From IMG/VR virus record IMGVR_UViG_3300035670_011119, positions 1-64,000 of that record: a DNA stretch of 64,000 nt; one strand, written 5' to 3'. The translations under genes were made by a program, and so were the position numbers. This document shows, piece by piece, positions 41,179 through 50,788 of the stretch. The stretch's first letter is position 1. Every line of letters begins with the position of its first letter. Origin of the DNA: a virus. The notes beneath the pieces were generated by a model that was not told the DNA's origin, did no database searches, and saw nothing but the letters and a program-made list of their open reading frames with translations.

Positions 41179-41876
41179 ACTGTAGTTTTACCAAAAGAGT
41201 CCTTAAAAAGAATTTTACGAGATAATTTACGATGTAATTTCATAAATCTGATTAAAATTTCTGCACTATCTTTAACATCTTTAATCGCATCATGTGCGCC
41301 GTCTTTAGAAATACCCAAATATTCTCTTAAAGAATCTAATGAATAGCTGGATAGGTCTTGATTATTCTCGAACCATAAAAATACAATATTCATTATATCC
41401 AGAACATCTCGCATATAAAAGATATTGCTACGATTTTCTTTATTTAGATTATTATATTTTTTACTTAATCTATCTACTATGATCAAATCAAATCTATGAA
41501 TATTATAGCCAGCAGCAATAGGAGCAGTAAATTGGCTCTTTTTACTTCCTGATCTACAGTGATACTTCGATAAATATTCGGTAAATAAATTCCAAGATTG
41601 TTTTTGCGATGGATACTCCTTCCATTCTGCCAAAACTTGTTCTTTGGAAGAACCTTTAACTTTAGCATGAAAATCTAATATATCACCTTCGTATATATGG
41701 TTAGGATTGTTTTCTAATACTTCTGGTTTAAAATTTATATTAAATTCAGAATCAGGAATAATAGATAATTGTAATGGATCAACCATAACCGCAGCTATTT
41801 GTACAGGACTGCAAGATAGAGGGTCCGACCCATCTGTTTCAAAATCAAATACACAAATTTTGTTATAATTAATCAT
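41175..41876 (-). CDS. DEDDh 3'-5' exonuclease (DnaQ/epsilon-like)
   Basis: ExoI VFDFETDG, ExoII AGYNIHRFD, ExoIII HDAIKDV; ATGA overlap with the dnaE C-half. Confidence 0.85.
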   Translation of the reverse strand: MINYNKICVFDFETDGSDPLSCSPVQIAAVMVDPLQLSIIPDSEFNINFKPEVLENNPNHIYEGDILDFHAKVKGSSKEQVLAEWKEYPSQKQSWNLFTEYLSKYHCRSGSKKSQFTAPIAAGYNIHRFDLIIVDRLSKKYNNLNKENRSNIFYMRDVLDIMNIVFLWFENNQDLSSYSLDSLREYLGISKDGAHDAIKDVKDSAEILIRFMKLHRKLSRKILFKDSFGKTTV

Positions 41877-42054
41877 TAACTTCTACTTGTTGTACGGGAG
41901 TGATAAACTGTTTAACTTCTGGATGATTTACTTGCGCAGCATTAAGTGCGGTGCAACAACTAACCCTAATAGTTTCTATCTTAGTATAATCTATGCCCTG
42001 AAACTTAAAAGTACTACCCACAGCTAACTCATGAAACGGTACAAGTTTTGACAT
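41869..42054 (-). CDS. Small hypothetical protein (61 aa) inside the split dnaE locus
   Basis: GGAG RBS 6 nt before ATG 42054 (MSKLVPFHELAVGSTF...RVSCC...); overlaps both neighbours. Confidence 0.65.
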   Translation of the reverse strand: MSKLVPFHELAVGSTFKFQGIDYTKIETIRVSCCTALNAAQVNHPEVKQFITPVQQVEVND

Positions 42055-43930
42055 TATATTCTCCATTTTTTAAAAGATCTCTTATTGTCATAATTTTATC
42101 TAACATTGCTATGCCTAAAATATCAAATTTAATCACGCCGATACTTTCTAAATCTTGCATCTCCATACCAGCAATAAGTTGCTCATTTTTTGCATCATAG
42201 ACCATCGGACATATTTCTGCTAAAGGTTGTTCAGCAATAACTACGCCAGCAGCGTGTTTGGACTGATTTGACTTGGTCCCTTCTAATCTAATAGCTTGCT
42301 CAAACCTTTTGGCAAGTGGCCCCTTTAATTCTTGAGTATCGCTATCCAAATAACACCAGTCTCTTAATTTATCTGGATTATTTTCTAGAGCCCATTGTAT
42401 TATGGAAGCTTCTCCATATTCTTCTTTCATTTCTTGAAGTTCATCTGCTATTTTTGCCTCATCAGGAATATTTTTGGTAATTTTATTCATTTCATCAAAT
42501 GATATATTGCCGTATACTCTTAGTACATCTTTTAATGCGCCACGACCCTTCATTGTATTAAACGTTATCATTTGAGATACTTTATTGGTTCCATATTTTT
42601 CTTTAATATAGTTGATAATATTTTCTCTTTTATTAATAGGAACATCTACATCTATATCTGGCATAGATACTCTATCTTTAGTATTTCGACCAGCATTATA
42701 AAATCTATCAAAGATGAGGTTGTATTTTATTGGATCAATTGAAGTAATACCTATTAGATAAGATACTAGACAACCAGCAGCACTTCCTCTACCGGGACCG
42801 GGTAGCCAATTATTAGATCTTACATAGTTCACAATATCTTGCACAATCAAAAAATAACTAGACAGATTAGCTCCTTGTAGAACATCTAACTCATATTTAA
42901 TCCTATCTACATATTCTTGTTGATTTTCTTTCGATATTGTATTTGCTATTTTGTCTCTCCAGCCATCTCTACATAATTGTCGTAAATATTCTGCGTCGTC
43001 GTACCCTGCTGGGCATTTAAAATTTGGTAGCATGGGCTTGTGTGTGATATCATAACTTTCACATAAAGAATCAACATATCTTGTATTTTCTATCTCTTCT
43101 TCTGTATGTAGAGATCTAATTTCTTCTTGCGAAAGAATATGAAAATTATCAGATGTAAAAAAACAAGATAGTCCAACATCTTCATTGTTATTTAGTTTAT
43201 TTTGTATGCTTTGAAAAGTAGTTTTTAAATTATTACATAATAATACCCTTTGATCAACAGCATCTTCTTTAGTACAATAATGAGCATCTGGTGTGCATAT
43301 AACTTTTGTATTGCTTAATTGTCCAAGTGTTCTAATTTTTTCGGTTAAAATATCCTGAATAGGAGTATTAATACGATCCATTAATTGCGCTTCTAAAAAT
43401 AAATTATCTCCAAATACTTCTTTTAGTTCAGATATATGATTTAGACCCATATTTTGCCAATTATCAACTATATCGTCATTCACCATAATTTTATCCGCAA
43501 GTGTTGATCCAAGATGACCGCAAATACCTATCATGTGTGGGCCACAGATCTCTTTGAGTGTATTTATATCGAGCCTGGGCTTGCGATAAAAAAAATCTGG
43601 TCTGTTGGCGCAAGAAACTAAACGAATAAGATTTTTCCATCCTTCCAAATTTTTTGCTAAAACTATGAAATGCGATAGTTTTCCGTTTTCTTTAGACTGA
43701 TCTCTTGGGTCATTATTACAGATATATAATTCGCACCCTAAAATAGGTTTAATATTTTTATTCTTCATGGCTGTAAAAAACTGCACAGCACCGGCTATAT
43801 TTCCATGGTCGGTTAGTGCGCAGGATTCTGCGCCTATATCATGGCACCTTTGTGCCATTTGTTCTGGTTTGCTAAGACCGTCCAATAAAGAAAAATGACT
43901 ATGGGTATGAAGAGGTATATAATTATTCAT
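42029..43930 (-). CDS. dnaE: DNA polymerase III alpha, N-terminal half (PHP, palm, thumb)
   Basis: PHP motifs LHTHSHFSLLDG, LTDHG, GCE, DAHY; GPGRGSAAG; catalytic SMPDIDVD; HAAGVVI; KFDILG, after which the ORF ends. Confidence 0.92.
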   Translation of the reverse strand: MNNYIPLHTHSHFSLLDGLSKPEQMAQRCHDIGAESCALTDHGNIAGAVQFFTAMKNKNIKPILGCELYICNNDPRDQSKENGKLSHFIVLAKNLEGWKNLIRLVSCANRPDFFYRKPRLDINTLKEICGPHMIGICGHLGSTLADKIMVNDDIVDNWQNMGLNHISELKEVFGDNLFLEAQLMDRINTPIQDILTEKIRTLGQLSNTKVICTPDAHYCTKEDAVDQRVLLCNNLKTTFQSIQNKLNNNEDVGLSCFFTSDNFHILSQEEIRSLHTEEEIENTRYVDSLCESYDITHKPMLPNFKCPAGYDDAEYLRQLCRDGWRDKIANTISKENQQEYVDRIKYELDVLQGANLSSYFLIVQDIVNYVRSNNWLPGPGRGSAAGCLVSYLIGITSIDPIKYNLIFDRFYNAGRNTKDRVSMPDIDVDVPINKRENIINYIKEKYGTNKVSQMITFNTMKGRGALKDVLRVYGNISFDEMNKITKNIPDEAKIADELQEMKEEYGEASIIQWALENNPDKLRDWCYLDSDTQELKGPLAKRFEQAIRLEGTKSNQSKHAAGVVIAEQPLAEICPMVYDAKNEQLIAGMEMQDLESIGVIKFDILGIAMLDKIMTIRDLLKNGEYNVKTCTVS

Positions 43931-44970
43931 TCTACGCTACCTGGGGCTTTGTACTTTCCAACAGTATAACCGGGCATTGTGTATTGGTCAACTACTTCTT
44001 TCATGCCCTTGAGTTCAATATCGTGTTTCACTTGTTCGCATTTTGTCATATGATTATTAATAGGTGTTAATTGATTATCTCTATATTCTAGTATTGGTAA
44101 TACATGACTATTTTCAAATGTGGTTTTACCAAAATGACATAACTTATTGCAGATCCAGCTTTTATTTAGTTTGGGTTTTTTGGTCTTTTTAATATATTCA
44201 AATTTATCTCTTAGCATTTGTTCGGTCTTGCTTAAATCAGACTCGTTAAAACAGACAGAAAATGGACCACCATCATTAATAAAATAAATAGTAACTATTA
44301 TGTTTTTAACATTTGGGTATATTTTTTTAATAGCATAATGATAAATACTTAATTGGGGATCTGTTTCTAGTTTTTCTTGTGTTTTTTCTGCTCCGGTAGC
44401 CCAATCTAATCTTCTGCCGGTTTTCCAGTCTATCAACTCATAAGTATCATCATCTATTTTGGTAATTAGATCGATAGTTCCCTTAATTGCTAAATTACCC
44501 TCTAAAACTCCTTCGTTTGTTTCGTATTTATAGTATGACCATGGTTGTTCGATAGTAATATCGAATCTTTGTTCTGGACATACTATTGTTCGGTTTCTAG
44601 GATCGAACATTCCATTATGATAATTAATTGCTTTATAAACCCAACTATAACAATCTTTATAGTCTTTTTTCTCCCATTCGTGATGAGAAAACTGTTTGGT
44701 ATAATATTGATATACCTGTTCTATAATATGATCTAGATTATATTTATGGGTGTCTATTTTTCCTATGGTATCATCATCGACTATTTTTTTATTATCTTGT
44801 AATCCTTGTTTAATAACGGCTAATATCTCAAGTACTTTATGTACAATCGTACCTTTATCGGCTTTTTTATTGGATGGACCTCTCCATCCTAGCACATATT
44901 CAAAAAAATATTGTTGTTCACACATATTATGTGCATTGTAAGAAGAACTACGAAAATATGTAATTATCAT
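43927..44970 (-). CDS. PD-(D/E)XK exonuclease, Cas4/AddB-like with putative Fe-S cysteines
   Basis: N-terminal MCEQQY, GTIVH, KGTIDLI..ELIDWKTG, QLSIY, C-terminal C..LC.F...C. Confidence 0.8.
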   Translation of the reverse strand: MIITYFRSSSYNAHNMCEQQYFFEYVLGWRGPSNKKADKGTIVHKVLEILAVIKQGLQDNKKIVDDDTIGKIDTHKYNLDHIIEQVYQYYTKQFSHHEWEKKDYKDCYSWVYKAINYHNGMFDPRNRTIVCPEQRFDITIEQPWSYYKYETNEGVLEGNLAIKGTIDLITKIDDDTYELIDWKTGRRLDWATGAEKTQEKLETDPQLSIYHYAIKKIYPNVKNIIVTIYFINDGGPFSVCFNESDLSKTEQMLRDKFEYIKKTKKPKLNKSWICNKLCHFGKTTFENSHVLPILEYRDNQLTPINNHMTKCEQVKHDIELKGMKEVVDQYTMPGYTVGKYKAPGSVE

Positions 44971-45569
44971 AAAGCCTCAGAGTATGGTAAAATATTAAAT
45001 TGTAGCACTAGTCTTTTGAGATACTCAAACTGTTCTCTAACTGTCATATTGTCGTTGTTTATAATGGCACTAAAGTTTTTCCAGTTATAGTTAGCTTTAT
45101 CTAAACAAGATTCGCTAGTGTGTTCTGAATTAAATGGATTTCTACTTAATCTAAATACTAATCCATTATTATTTTTAATAGCTTCTATTTCATTAGGAAA
45201 TCTACAATCTGACACTATGACCATTTGATGATTATTCTTTTTAATTCTATTTATAAGAGCATTTACCCAAACATTATTATTTAATTTTCTAAATAGGTCG
45301 GTACCTATTAGTTGCATCAGATCTCTTGCTGTTAATTGTTTATTGTCCCAGTATGCATCTATGAGTTCGTTTTTACTATCGTCACTACCATAACATTGTT
45401 CGTAAGTTAATCCAAACATATTCATACAAATATCTTCTTTTAGAGGATCTGCAAAATTATATATAGGAACATCGCTGTATCCATTGGATAATAATAGTTG
45501 TTGCAAAAAATCTGAGCATACTGTTTTGCCAGATTGTTTTCTGCCGGAAAAAGCAATAATATTTACCAT
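44967..45569 (-). CDS. Deoxynucleoside monophosphate kinase
   Basis: IIAFSGRKQSGKT, FADPLKE, RDLMQLIGTD.FR, VSDCRFPNE, H.SE. Confidence 0.88.
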   Translation of the reverse strand: MVNIIAFSGRKQSGKTVCSDFLQQLLLSNGYSDVPIYNFADPLKEDICMNMFGLTYEQCYGSDDSKNELIDAYWDNKQLTARDLMQLIGTDLFRKLNNNVWVNALINRIKKNNHQMVIVSDCRFPNEIEAIKNNNGLVFRLSRNPFNSEHTSESCLDKANYNWKNFSAIINNDNMTVREQFEYLKRLVLQFNILPYSEAL

Positions 45570-46726
45570 TTAATTTGCTCCAGATAATTTTTAATTTCTA
45601 TTGTAATTTCGTCGGATGTCATTTCGCCAATATCATTTTTTGATATTTTAGGTATTAATATATTATATGTTTTTGAACATTTGTTTTGTATTTGTTCAGC
45701 AGCTTTTTTACCAGCATCGTCATTATCTGTTAAGATAATAATATTCATTGCTCCAGAAGAGTCTAGTATTAGTTTTTGTCTATCACTAAGAGAACATCCA
45801 AAAAGACCAACACTATTGTGTATTCCATTTTCTTCTAATTTCCATACGTTGCCGGGGCTTTCAACAAGTATCACGCTTCCTGTTTCTAAAATGTGTTCTT
45901 TAGCAAACCAAAAATTATACAAATAATTTTGAGATTTAAATCCATTACTATGTTTCCATTTAGAATATTTCCAAGAATCTTGCTGTGATGGACAAGATGT
46001 TTCAGGATTATGAAAACTGCCACACCCATTGCATTTATTAAATATGGATCTACCAGTACATCCGACTACAAATCTGTGATTATCATCATAAATTGGTGCC
46101 ACAACTCTATTGTACATTTCTTTACCAGCAGTAGAACATAGTCCAACATCATACTTTTCTAGTATTTCGTTAGTATATCCTCTATCTATATAATATTTAG
46201 CAGGGATAGATAGGGCGGATCTAACGTATTGCCTGTTTACCTTGGTGCTATCAAATGTAGTTAATGGTTTAATTTTTTCTACTATTTGGGTAAATTTATT
46301 TTTTTCTTGGGTTTTCTTTGAGACTTTAAAATCTTTCACATCTTTATTTAAAAACTCTAGTGCAAATTCTACTGCTTGATTAAAAGGATATATCTTATCT
46401 CCATCTTGTTTCCATTCATATTTTTCTACAGACAACAAGCCCCTAATAAAACCAATAATGGATGGTTGAAATATCTTCTCGCATTGATGAGTTCTACAGG
46501 CCCAATTTCCTCTGTAATGATCTCCCAAGTGATAAATGTTTAATGCAGACTGGTTATCTCCGCCATGTATTGGACATGACATTGTAAACATTTTGTGATT
46601 TTCTTTGTAGTCTAATTGAAATAAATCAAATAGAGTCTCAATATTATCACATAAATTATCACAAACTAATTTCAGTTCAGACTGACTATAGGAACGGGAT
46701 TTGCTCATCGTTTTCGTCTGTTTCAT
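45563..46726 (-). CDS. dnaG: DNA primase (CHC2 Zn finger + Toprim)
   Basis: CPIHGGDN...WAC.THQC, RVVAPI, VGCTGR, LYN, ILVESPGNVW, LTDNDDAG. The start may instead be 46708. Confidence 0.8.
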   Translation of the reverse strand: MKQTKTMSKSRSYSQSELKLVCDNLCDNIETLFDLFQLDYKENHKMFTMSCPIHGGDNQSALNIYHLGDHYRGNWACRTHQCEKIFQPSIIGFIRGLLSVEKYEWKQDGDKIYPFNQAVEFALEFLNKDVKDFKVSKKTQEKNKFTQIVEKIKPLTTFDSTKVNRQYVRSALSIPAKYYIDRGYTNEILEKYDVGLCSTAGKEMYNRVVAPIYDDNHRFVVGCTGRSIFNKCNGCGSFHNPETSCPSQQDSWKYSKWKHSNGFKSQNYLYNFWFAKEHILETGSVILVESPGNVWKLEENGIHNSVGLFGCSLSDRQKLILDSSGAMNIIILTDNDDAGKKAAEQIQNKCSKTYNILIPKISKNDIGEMTSDEITIEIKNYLEQIKW

Positions 46727-48149
46727 CTGTTATAAAGCCTTCTGATTTTGCATTGGAATTATGACTTATTTCTAATTTGGTTTTACCTTCTGTAATTTTA
46801 GCGCACCAACCCTTCATGTGACAATTAATATAGTCATTATCGTCTAATCCCCCACCATGACGACTGATAATAGGTACTAATTTTCTATTGCCATTATTTG
46901 GACCATCTTCTGCAATTTCTTCATCTGATTTTCGTTTGAAAATAGTAAAGTTACTACACAGCCATATAATTCTATCCGAACCGCTAGCCGTGTCCGTACT
47001 TTCTTTGGTTATCCCATCCCTATTGAGCTGTACAAAAGCTACTATTGGTATTCCAAATTTGGTAGCAAAATTATGTAATTGTGTCATCATAAATCCTAAT
47101 AATTGATATTCTTTAAGATCTTGACTCATACCCTGAGTATCCATCAATTTTAGGTAGTCGTAAAATACAACACACTCTTTAGCTGTGCCATCATCATTAA
47201 GTCCAACATGCTTGAGAATCCAGCGTCTCATTATGGATAACTGTTCGTCAAATGGCTTACCAGCAATAGACTTATAATAGATAGGAATATTTGATAATTC
47301 TTGGGTAGCTTTTTCTATTTTTTGTTTTGCGGCCGATGACTGTGCAAACTTTCCTGTTTCTATATCTCTTAATTCTGTTTCCGTCATCATTCCCAGCAAT
47401 CTATGTACATGGTCTTCTTTTGTCATCTCGGTATCAAGATTAAGTACTGGAATATTAAGATTTCTGGCAATGTGAAAACCCATATTATCTACTAATAATG
47501 TTTTTCCAGTTTTGGGCCTTGCAGCAATTACATTAACAGTACTTTTTCGTAGTCCTCCTCCTATGGCCTGATCATATATTGGAAATCCAGTTGGAATACC
47601 AACTTGATCCACAGGATTAGAAGACAAATATTCTATATATTCAACAATACCCTTACCCATCAGTATAGGACTGTTGTCATTATCTGTTAATGAATTTGTA
47701 AAACCTAAAATGGATTCTTCTGCTATTCCTACAATATGGCCAACAGATTCACTACCATTAATGTCTAAAATCTTTTCTTGTACAACCTCTAATTCTTTAT
47801 GCAAAGATCTAGCAATTTCTAGCTTTTTGATTTTTGCAGCAAATTTTCTAATATTATCTTTTCCGACAGGAAAATCAACAATCGCCCTAAGATGTTGTGC
47901 TTCATCTTTTGAAGATATTAAATGAGAAACTCCTATTTCGCTAGCAGCAGAATATATTGATGGTATATCAATGTTTAGAGTAGCATCTTTATCATAAAGA
48001 TGCTTGATACATTTATATATTAGACTATTACTATCTATAGTGAAACATTTCTCATCTATAAGATCAGCAATATCTAGATAAACCTCTTCACCAAATCTAC
48101 ATATTCCAGCTAAAACGGCTCTCTCAGCCGCTGTATCACTTAATATCAT
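46686..48149 (-). CDS. dnaB: Replicative DNA helicase
   Basis: AERAVLAG, GIPTGF..YD, Walker A AARPKTGKT, LDTEM, FYDYLKLM, VQLNR. Confidence 0.92.
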   Translation of the reverse strand: MILSDTAAERAVLAGICRFGEEVYLDIADLIDEKCFTIDSNSLIYKCIKHLYDKDATLNIDIPSIYSAASEIGVSHLISSKDEAQHLRAIVDFPVGKDNIRKFAAKIKKLEIARSLHKELEVVQEKILDINGSESVGHIVGIAEESILGFTNSLTDNDNSPILMGKGIVEYIEYLSSNPVDQVGIPTGFPIYDQAIGGGLRKSTVNVIAARPKTGKTLLVDNMGFHIARNLNIPVLNLDTEMTKEDHVHRLLGMMTETELRDIETGKFAQSSAAKQKIEKATQELSNIPIYYKSIAGKPFDEQLSIMRRWILKHVGLNDDGTAKECVVFYDYLKLMDTQGMSQDLKEYQLLGFMMTQLHNFATKFGIPIVAFVQLNRDGITKESTDTASGSDRIIWLCSNFTIFKRKSDEEIAEDGPNNGNRKLVPIISRHGGGLDDNDYINCHMKGWCAKITEGKTKLEISHNSNAKSEGFITDETDENDEQIPFL

Positions 48150-48151
48150 AA

Positions 48152-48649
48152 TTAATTTCTAATACTAATTTTGGACTTATAAACCATTGTTAAGATATCT
48201 GCTAAATTTTTTATATTTCCAGACAAATATGATAGTCTATCGGATCTCTGTTTGGCGTACTTCTTTATTTTATTGAGCGCGGACGCCTTGTCATTGTGTT
48301 TGATCGCTTGCAAGGATTTTTCCAAAAAACCATATCCTTTGTAGTTATTGATATCGTCAGCTATCACTTCTTTGATTGTTTCTTCAGCCCAATTATATCT
48401 AGCTATTTCTCTATTGGATGTGCGCTGAATATGTAAAGCTAATTGACTAAGTCTATAAGATATTTGTAAACAATCTTCTGGTGATAGTTTTTCTATATGA
48501 TCTCTATTCATAGAAAAGTACAAACTAACTTCAGATTCTGGAATAAGTGTATTTTCATATTTTGGTAGACCAGTACTAGTTTCGTATTCATCTAGTATTC
48601 TATCCCATTCTTCTAGTTGGTCTTTTGCTGTCTTAATCTGTTCAGCCAT
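48152..48649 (-). CDS. Hypothetical alpha-helical protein (possibly a UvsY-like recombination mediator)
   Basis: Coiled-coil character and position between recA and dnaB; the function is inferred from context only. Confidence 0.4.
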   Translation of the reverse strand: MAEQIKTAKDQLEEWDRILDEYETSTGLPKYENTLIPESEVSLYFSMNRDHIEKLSPEDCLQISYRLSQLALHIQRTSNREIARYNWAEETIKEVIADDINNYKGYGFLEKSLQAIKHNDKASALNKIKKYAKQRSDRLSYLSGNIKNLADILTMVYKSKISIRN

Positions 48650-49026
48650 TGTTCATAACTTTCATTAAAGGGAAGTTCTATAAAACCTATACCATTCAGA
48701 TTGCACCATTCTTTTTTTAGCTTATCTCGTTTTTGATGACGTAAAAAGCCTAGTGCATTACCATGATAGTGAGCAATAAATTTATAATGTTGTTCGCCAT
48801 GGGTTTCTATGCATAGTCTTTTTAATGGAATATAAAAATCTAAATATAGAGTATCATTCCTAGTAATTTTAATCGGCACTTCTTCTAAAATTTGTAACGT
48901 AGGAAATATTTCTGTAATCATTTCCCTAGCCTTCATGTGAAGACCAGATTTTTTTATATTTGGATTAGCTTGATATCCAACTAATTGCCAATTATAGATA
49001 TTTCCATCTAGATCATGCACTTCCAT
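48613..49026 (-). CDS. Vsr/DUF559-like endonuclease
   Basis: LDFYIP...LCIETHGEQHY...F.....RDKLK.EWC..NGI..IE; likely start ATG 49026. Confidence 0.7.
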   Translation of the reverse strand: MEVHDLDGNIYNWQLVGYQANPNIKKSGLHMKAREMITEIFPTLQILEEVPIKITRNDTLYLDFYIPLKRLCIETHGEQHYKFIAHYHGNALGFLRHQKRDKLKKEWCNLNGIGFIELPFNESYEQWLNRLRQQKTN

Positions 49027-50038
49027 TATTAATACCAACAGTATTTTTTACAGCCTGATATAGTTCTTCGTATCGTGTAGGATTGTCTATTAAGAACTGT
49101 CTTACTTTTTCAGAACCTTGAAATTTAAGTTTTTCATCGGTAATAAAATCTAACGTATACCAAGCTCCTCCTTTATTAATTAGTCCCATATCTGTAGCTA
49201 TCATAACTAATTCTGTAAATTTATCGATACCTTGTCCATATCTTAAATATGATGTGATTGTTCCGCCGGGCGGTCCAAGAGCAGAACATAAAACTTGCCA
49301 TTCTACTTCTTGACCTATTTGAGCACCATCTGTGCCTAAAACCCATGGTTTATGAAATTTTGCCTTTAATTTTACATCTGTTTGATATGCAATAGCTTGT
49401 CCGCTTTTTTCTTTCCATTCAACATTGCCATATCCTGGATTACCCATAAGATGTGTAATACCAATTACTATATTCTTATTTACTGGTATAACATTTGCAA
49501 CCTTACGACAAAATTTAGCTAATAGTTTTGCTCCATCTGCTCTTTGCATTTTATCCATATCACTTGTAATCTCGGCCTCGGTACATAATGCAGAATAGGA
49601 GTCTATGATTATGATTGATCCTGGTTCTTCATTGATAAGTTTTTCTGCAATTTGTAAATATTCTTCAGCATGTAAAATCTTTCCTTGCTGAGAACCTATT
49701 ACATCAAATCTATCTAGATCTAATTCTTTTATACCTTCTAAGTCTCTCTTTTTTAGTCTACCTTCTATGTTAAGGTAGTACACATGTCTTGGGCTTTTCA
49801 GATCTCCACGATATGCTTCCTTTTGGGCTGTTGCAGCAAAATCAAGAGATGTGGTGGTTTTGCCACATTTTGGCTGACCAGTAAAAATAACGAAACTACC
49901 TTCTGGTATACCTCCTTGAAGCACAAGATCCAATGCTGGACTAACCGGTATAATTATAGATTTTCTGTCTACTATGGAATTACCAGACAGAATGATATCC
50001 GTACCAAAGTTTTTCTTTACGTCTTCTTTAACTGTCAT
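49013..50038 (-). CDS. recA: RecA/UvsX recombinase
   Basis: SPALDLVL.GGIPEG, GQPKCGKTT, IIIIDS.SAL, KAGAWY-like NKGGAWY, KFQG; likely start ATG 50038 after AAGGA. Confidence 0.88.
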   Translation of the reverse strand: MTVKEDVKKNFGTDIILSGNSIVDRKSIIIPVSPALDLVLQGGIPEGSFVIFTGQPKCGKTTTSLDFAATAQKEAYRGDLKSPRHVYYLNIEGRLKKRDLEGIKELDLDRFDVIGSQQGKILHAEEYLQIAEKLINEEPGSIIIIDSYSALCTEAEITSDMDKMQRADGAKLLAKFCRKVANVIPVNKNIVIGITHLMGNPGYGNVEWKEKSGQAIAYQTDVKLKAKFHKPWVLGTDGAQIGQEVEWQVLCSALGPPGGTITSYLRYGQGIDKFTELVMIATDMGLINKGGAWYTLDFITDEKLKFQGSEKVRQFLIDNPTRYEELYQAVKNTVGINNGSA

Positions 50039-50447
50039 TGTCAATTTCCTTTAGTTTTGATAAGATATTTTTTTGTGGTTGTGGTGCTTTGCGATGATCT
50101 ATTATTTCTTTTCGATTAAACTTTTGTTTCAATGTTTTATTGCTTGTTTCTAGTATTTTTTGTTTATCTACTATAATAGGTTTGAGAAATGGAGCCCTTA
50201 GAGAATATATATTCTTAGCTTTGGGATCATTTAAAGCTTTGATAATAGCTAGTGGTTCGTATTCTTTTACTAATTTATTTGCTGTGGCTATTTGATCTCT
50301 AAAAAATTTACTCCATTTAGGAGATGTCCAAAATCTATAGTGTAAATCTAATTTATCTTTTTGGGCTTTTTTTTCGCATATCATTTCCGTAATAAACTGA
50401 GCCGGAGTAACAGTTTTATTATTGGAATATTTCGAAATAAACTGCAT
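50028..50447 (-). CDS. Hypothetical phage protein
   Basis: 139-aa ORF that overlaps both neighbours in the operon. Confidence 0.65.
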   Translation of the reverse strand: MQFISKYSNNKTVTPAQFITEMICEKKAQKDKLDLHYRFWTSPKWSKFFRDQIATANKLVKEYEPLAIIKALNDPKAKNIYSLRAPFLKPIIVDKQKILETSNKTLKQKFNRKEIIDHRKAPQPQKNILSKLKEIDNDS

Positions 50448-50788
50448 TATATTTTTTCGATATACTCTAGTACAGAATTAACTTTTTCTACAGGATCTTC
50501 GCCTATCATTACTTTTTTTAAGAAGGACTTATTATAATGATTAATTAGCTCAATCCTTTGTCCTATCTGATTATCTCTAAATATTTTTATTCCAAGCATA
50601 ATCTCTATATCATATGGATATTTGATTTCTTTTTCCGTTGTTACATCTGTTTGTTGATTATTTTGTTCATCTTTGATTAGAGATAATCTATCATTCATTG
50701 ATTTAAATAAATCTATAAAATTAGCATATTCTTCAACAGTTAATAACTGTTTTGCCATTATATCTAATCTATCTATAATATCATGCAT
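50447..50788 (-). CDS. Hypothetical phage protein
   Basis: 113-aa ORF with start/stop overlaps on both sides. Confidence 0.6.
   Translation of the reverse strand: MHDIIDRLDIMAKQLLTVEEYANFIDLFKSMNDRLSLIKDEQNNQQTDVTTEKEIKYPYDIEIMLGIKIFRDNQIGQRIELINHYNKSFLKKVMIGEDPVEKVNSVLEYIEKI

Noticed and set aside
42068-42074. Slippery heptamer T_TTA_AAA at the end of the dnaE N-half as a programmed frameshift fusing the halves
   Set aside because: The -1 frame stops after four codons (KWRI*). The downstream small ORF is in the +1 frame and has its own GGAG RBS.
41100-42110. Split intein joining the dnaE halves
   Set aside because: Only ~10 extra residues follow the N-half homology and ~25 precede the C-half homology; no intein block motifs and no His-Asn-Cys/Ser/Thr junction.
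43927-44970. CRISPR-Cas locus
   Set aside because: No repeat-spacer array and no other cas genes were seen in the window.
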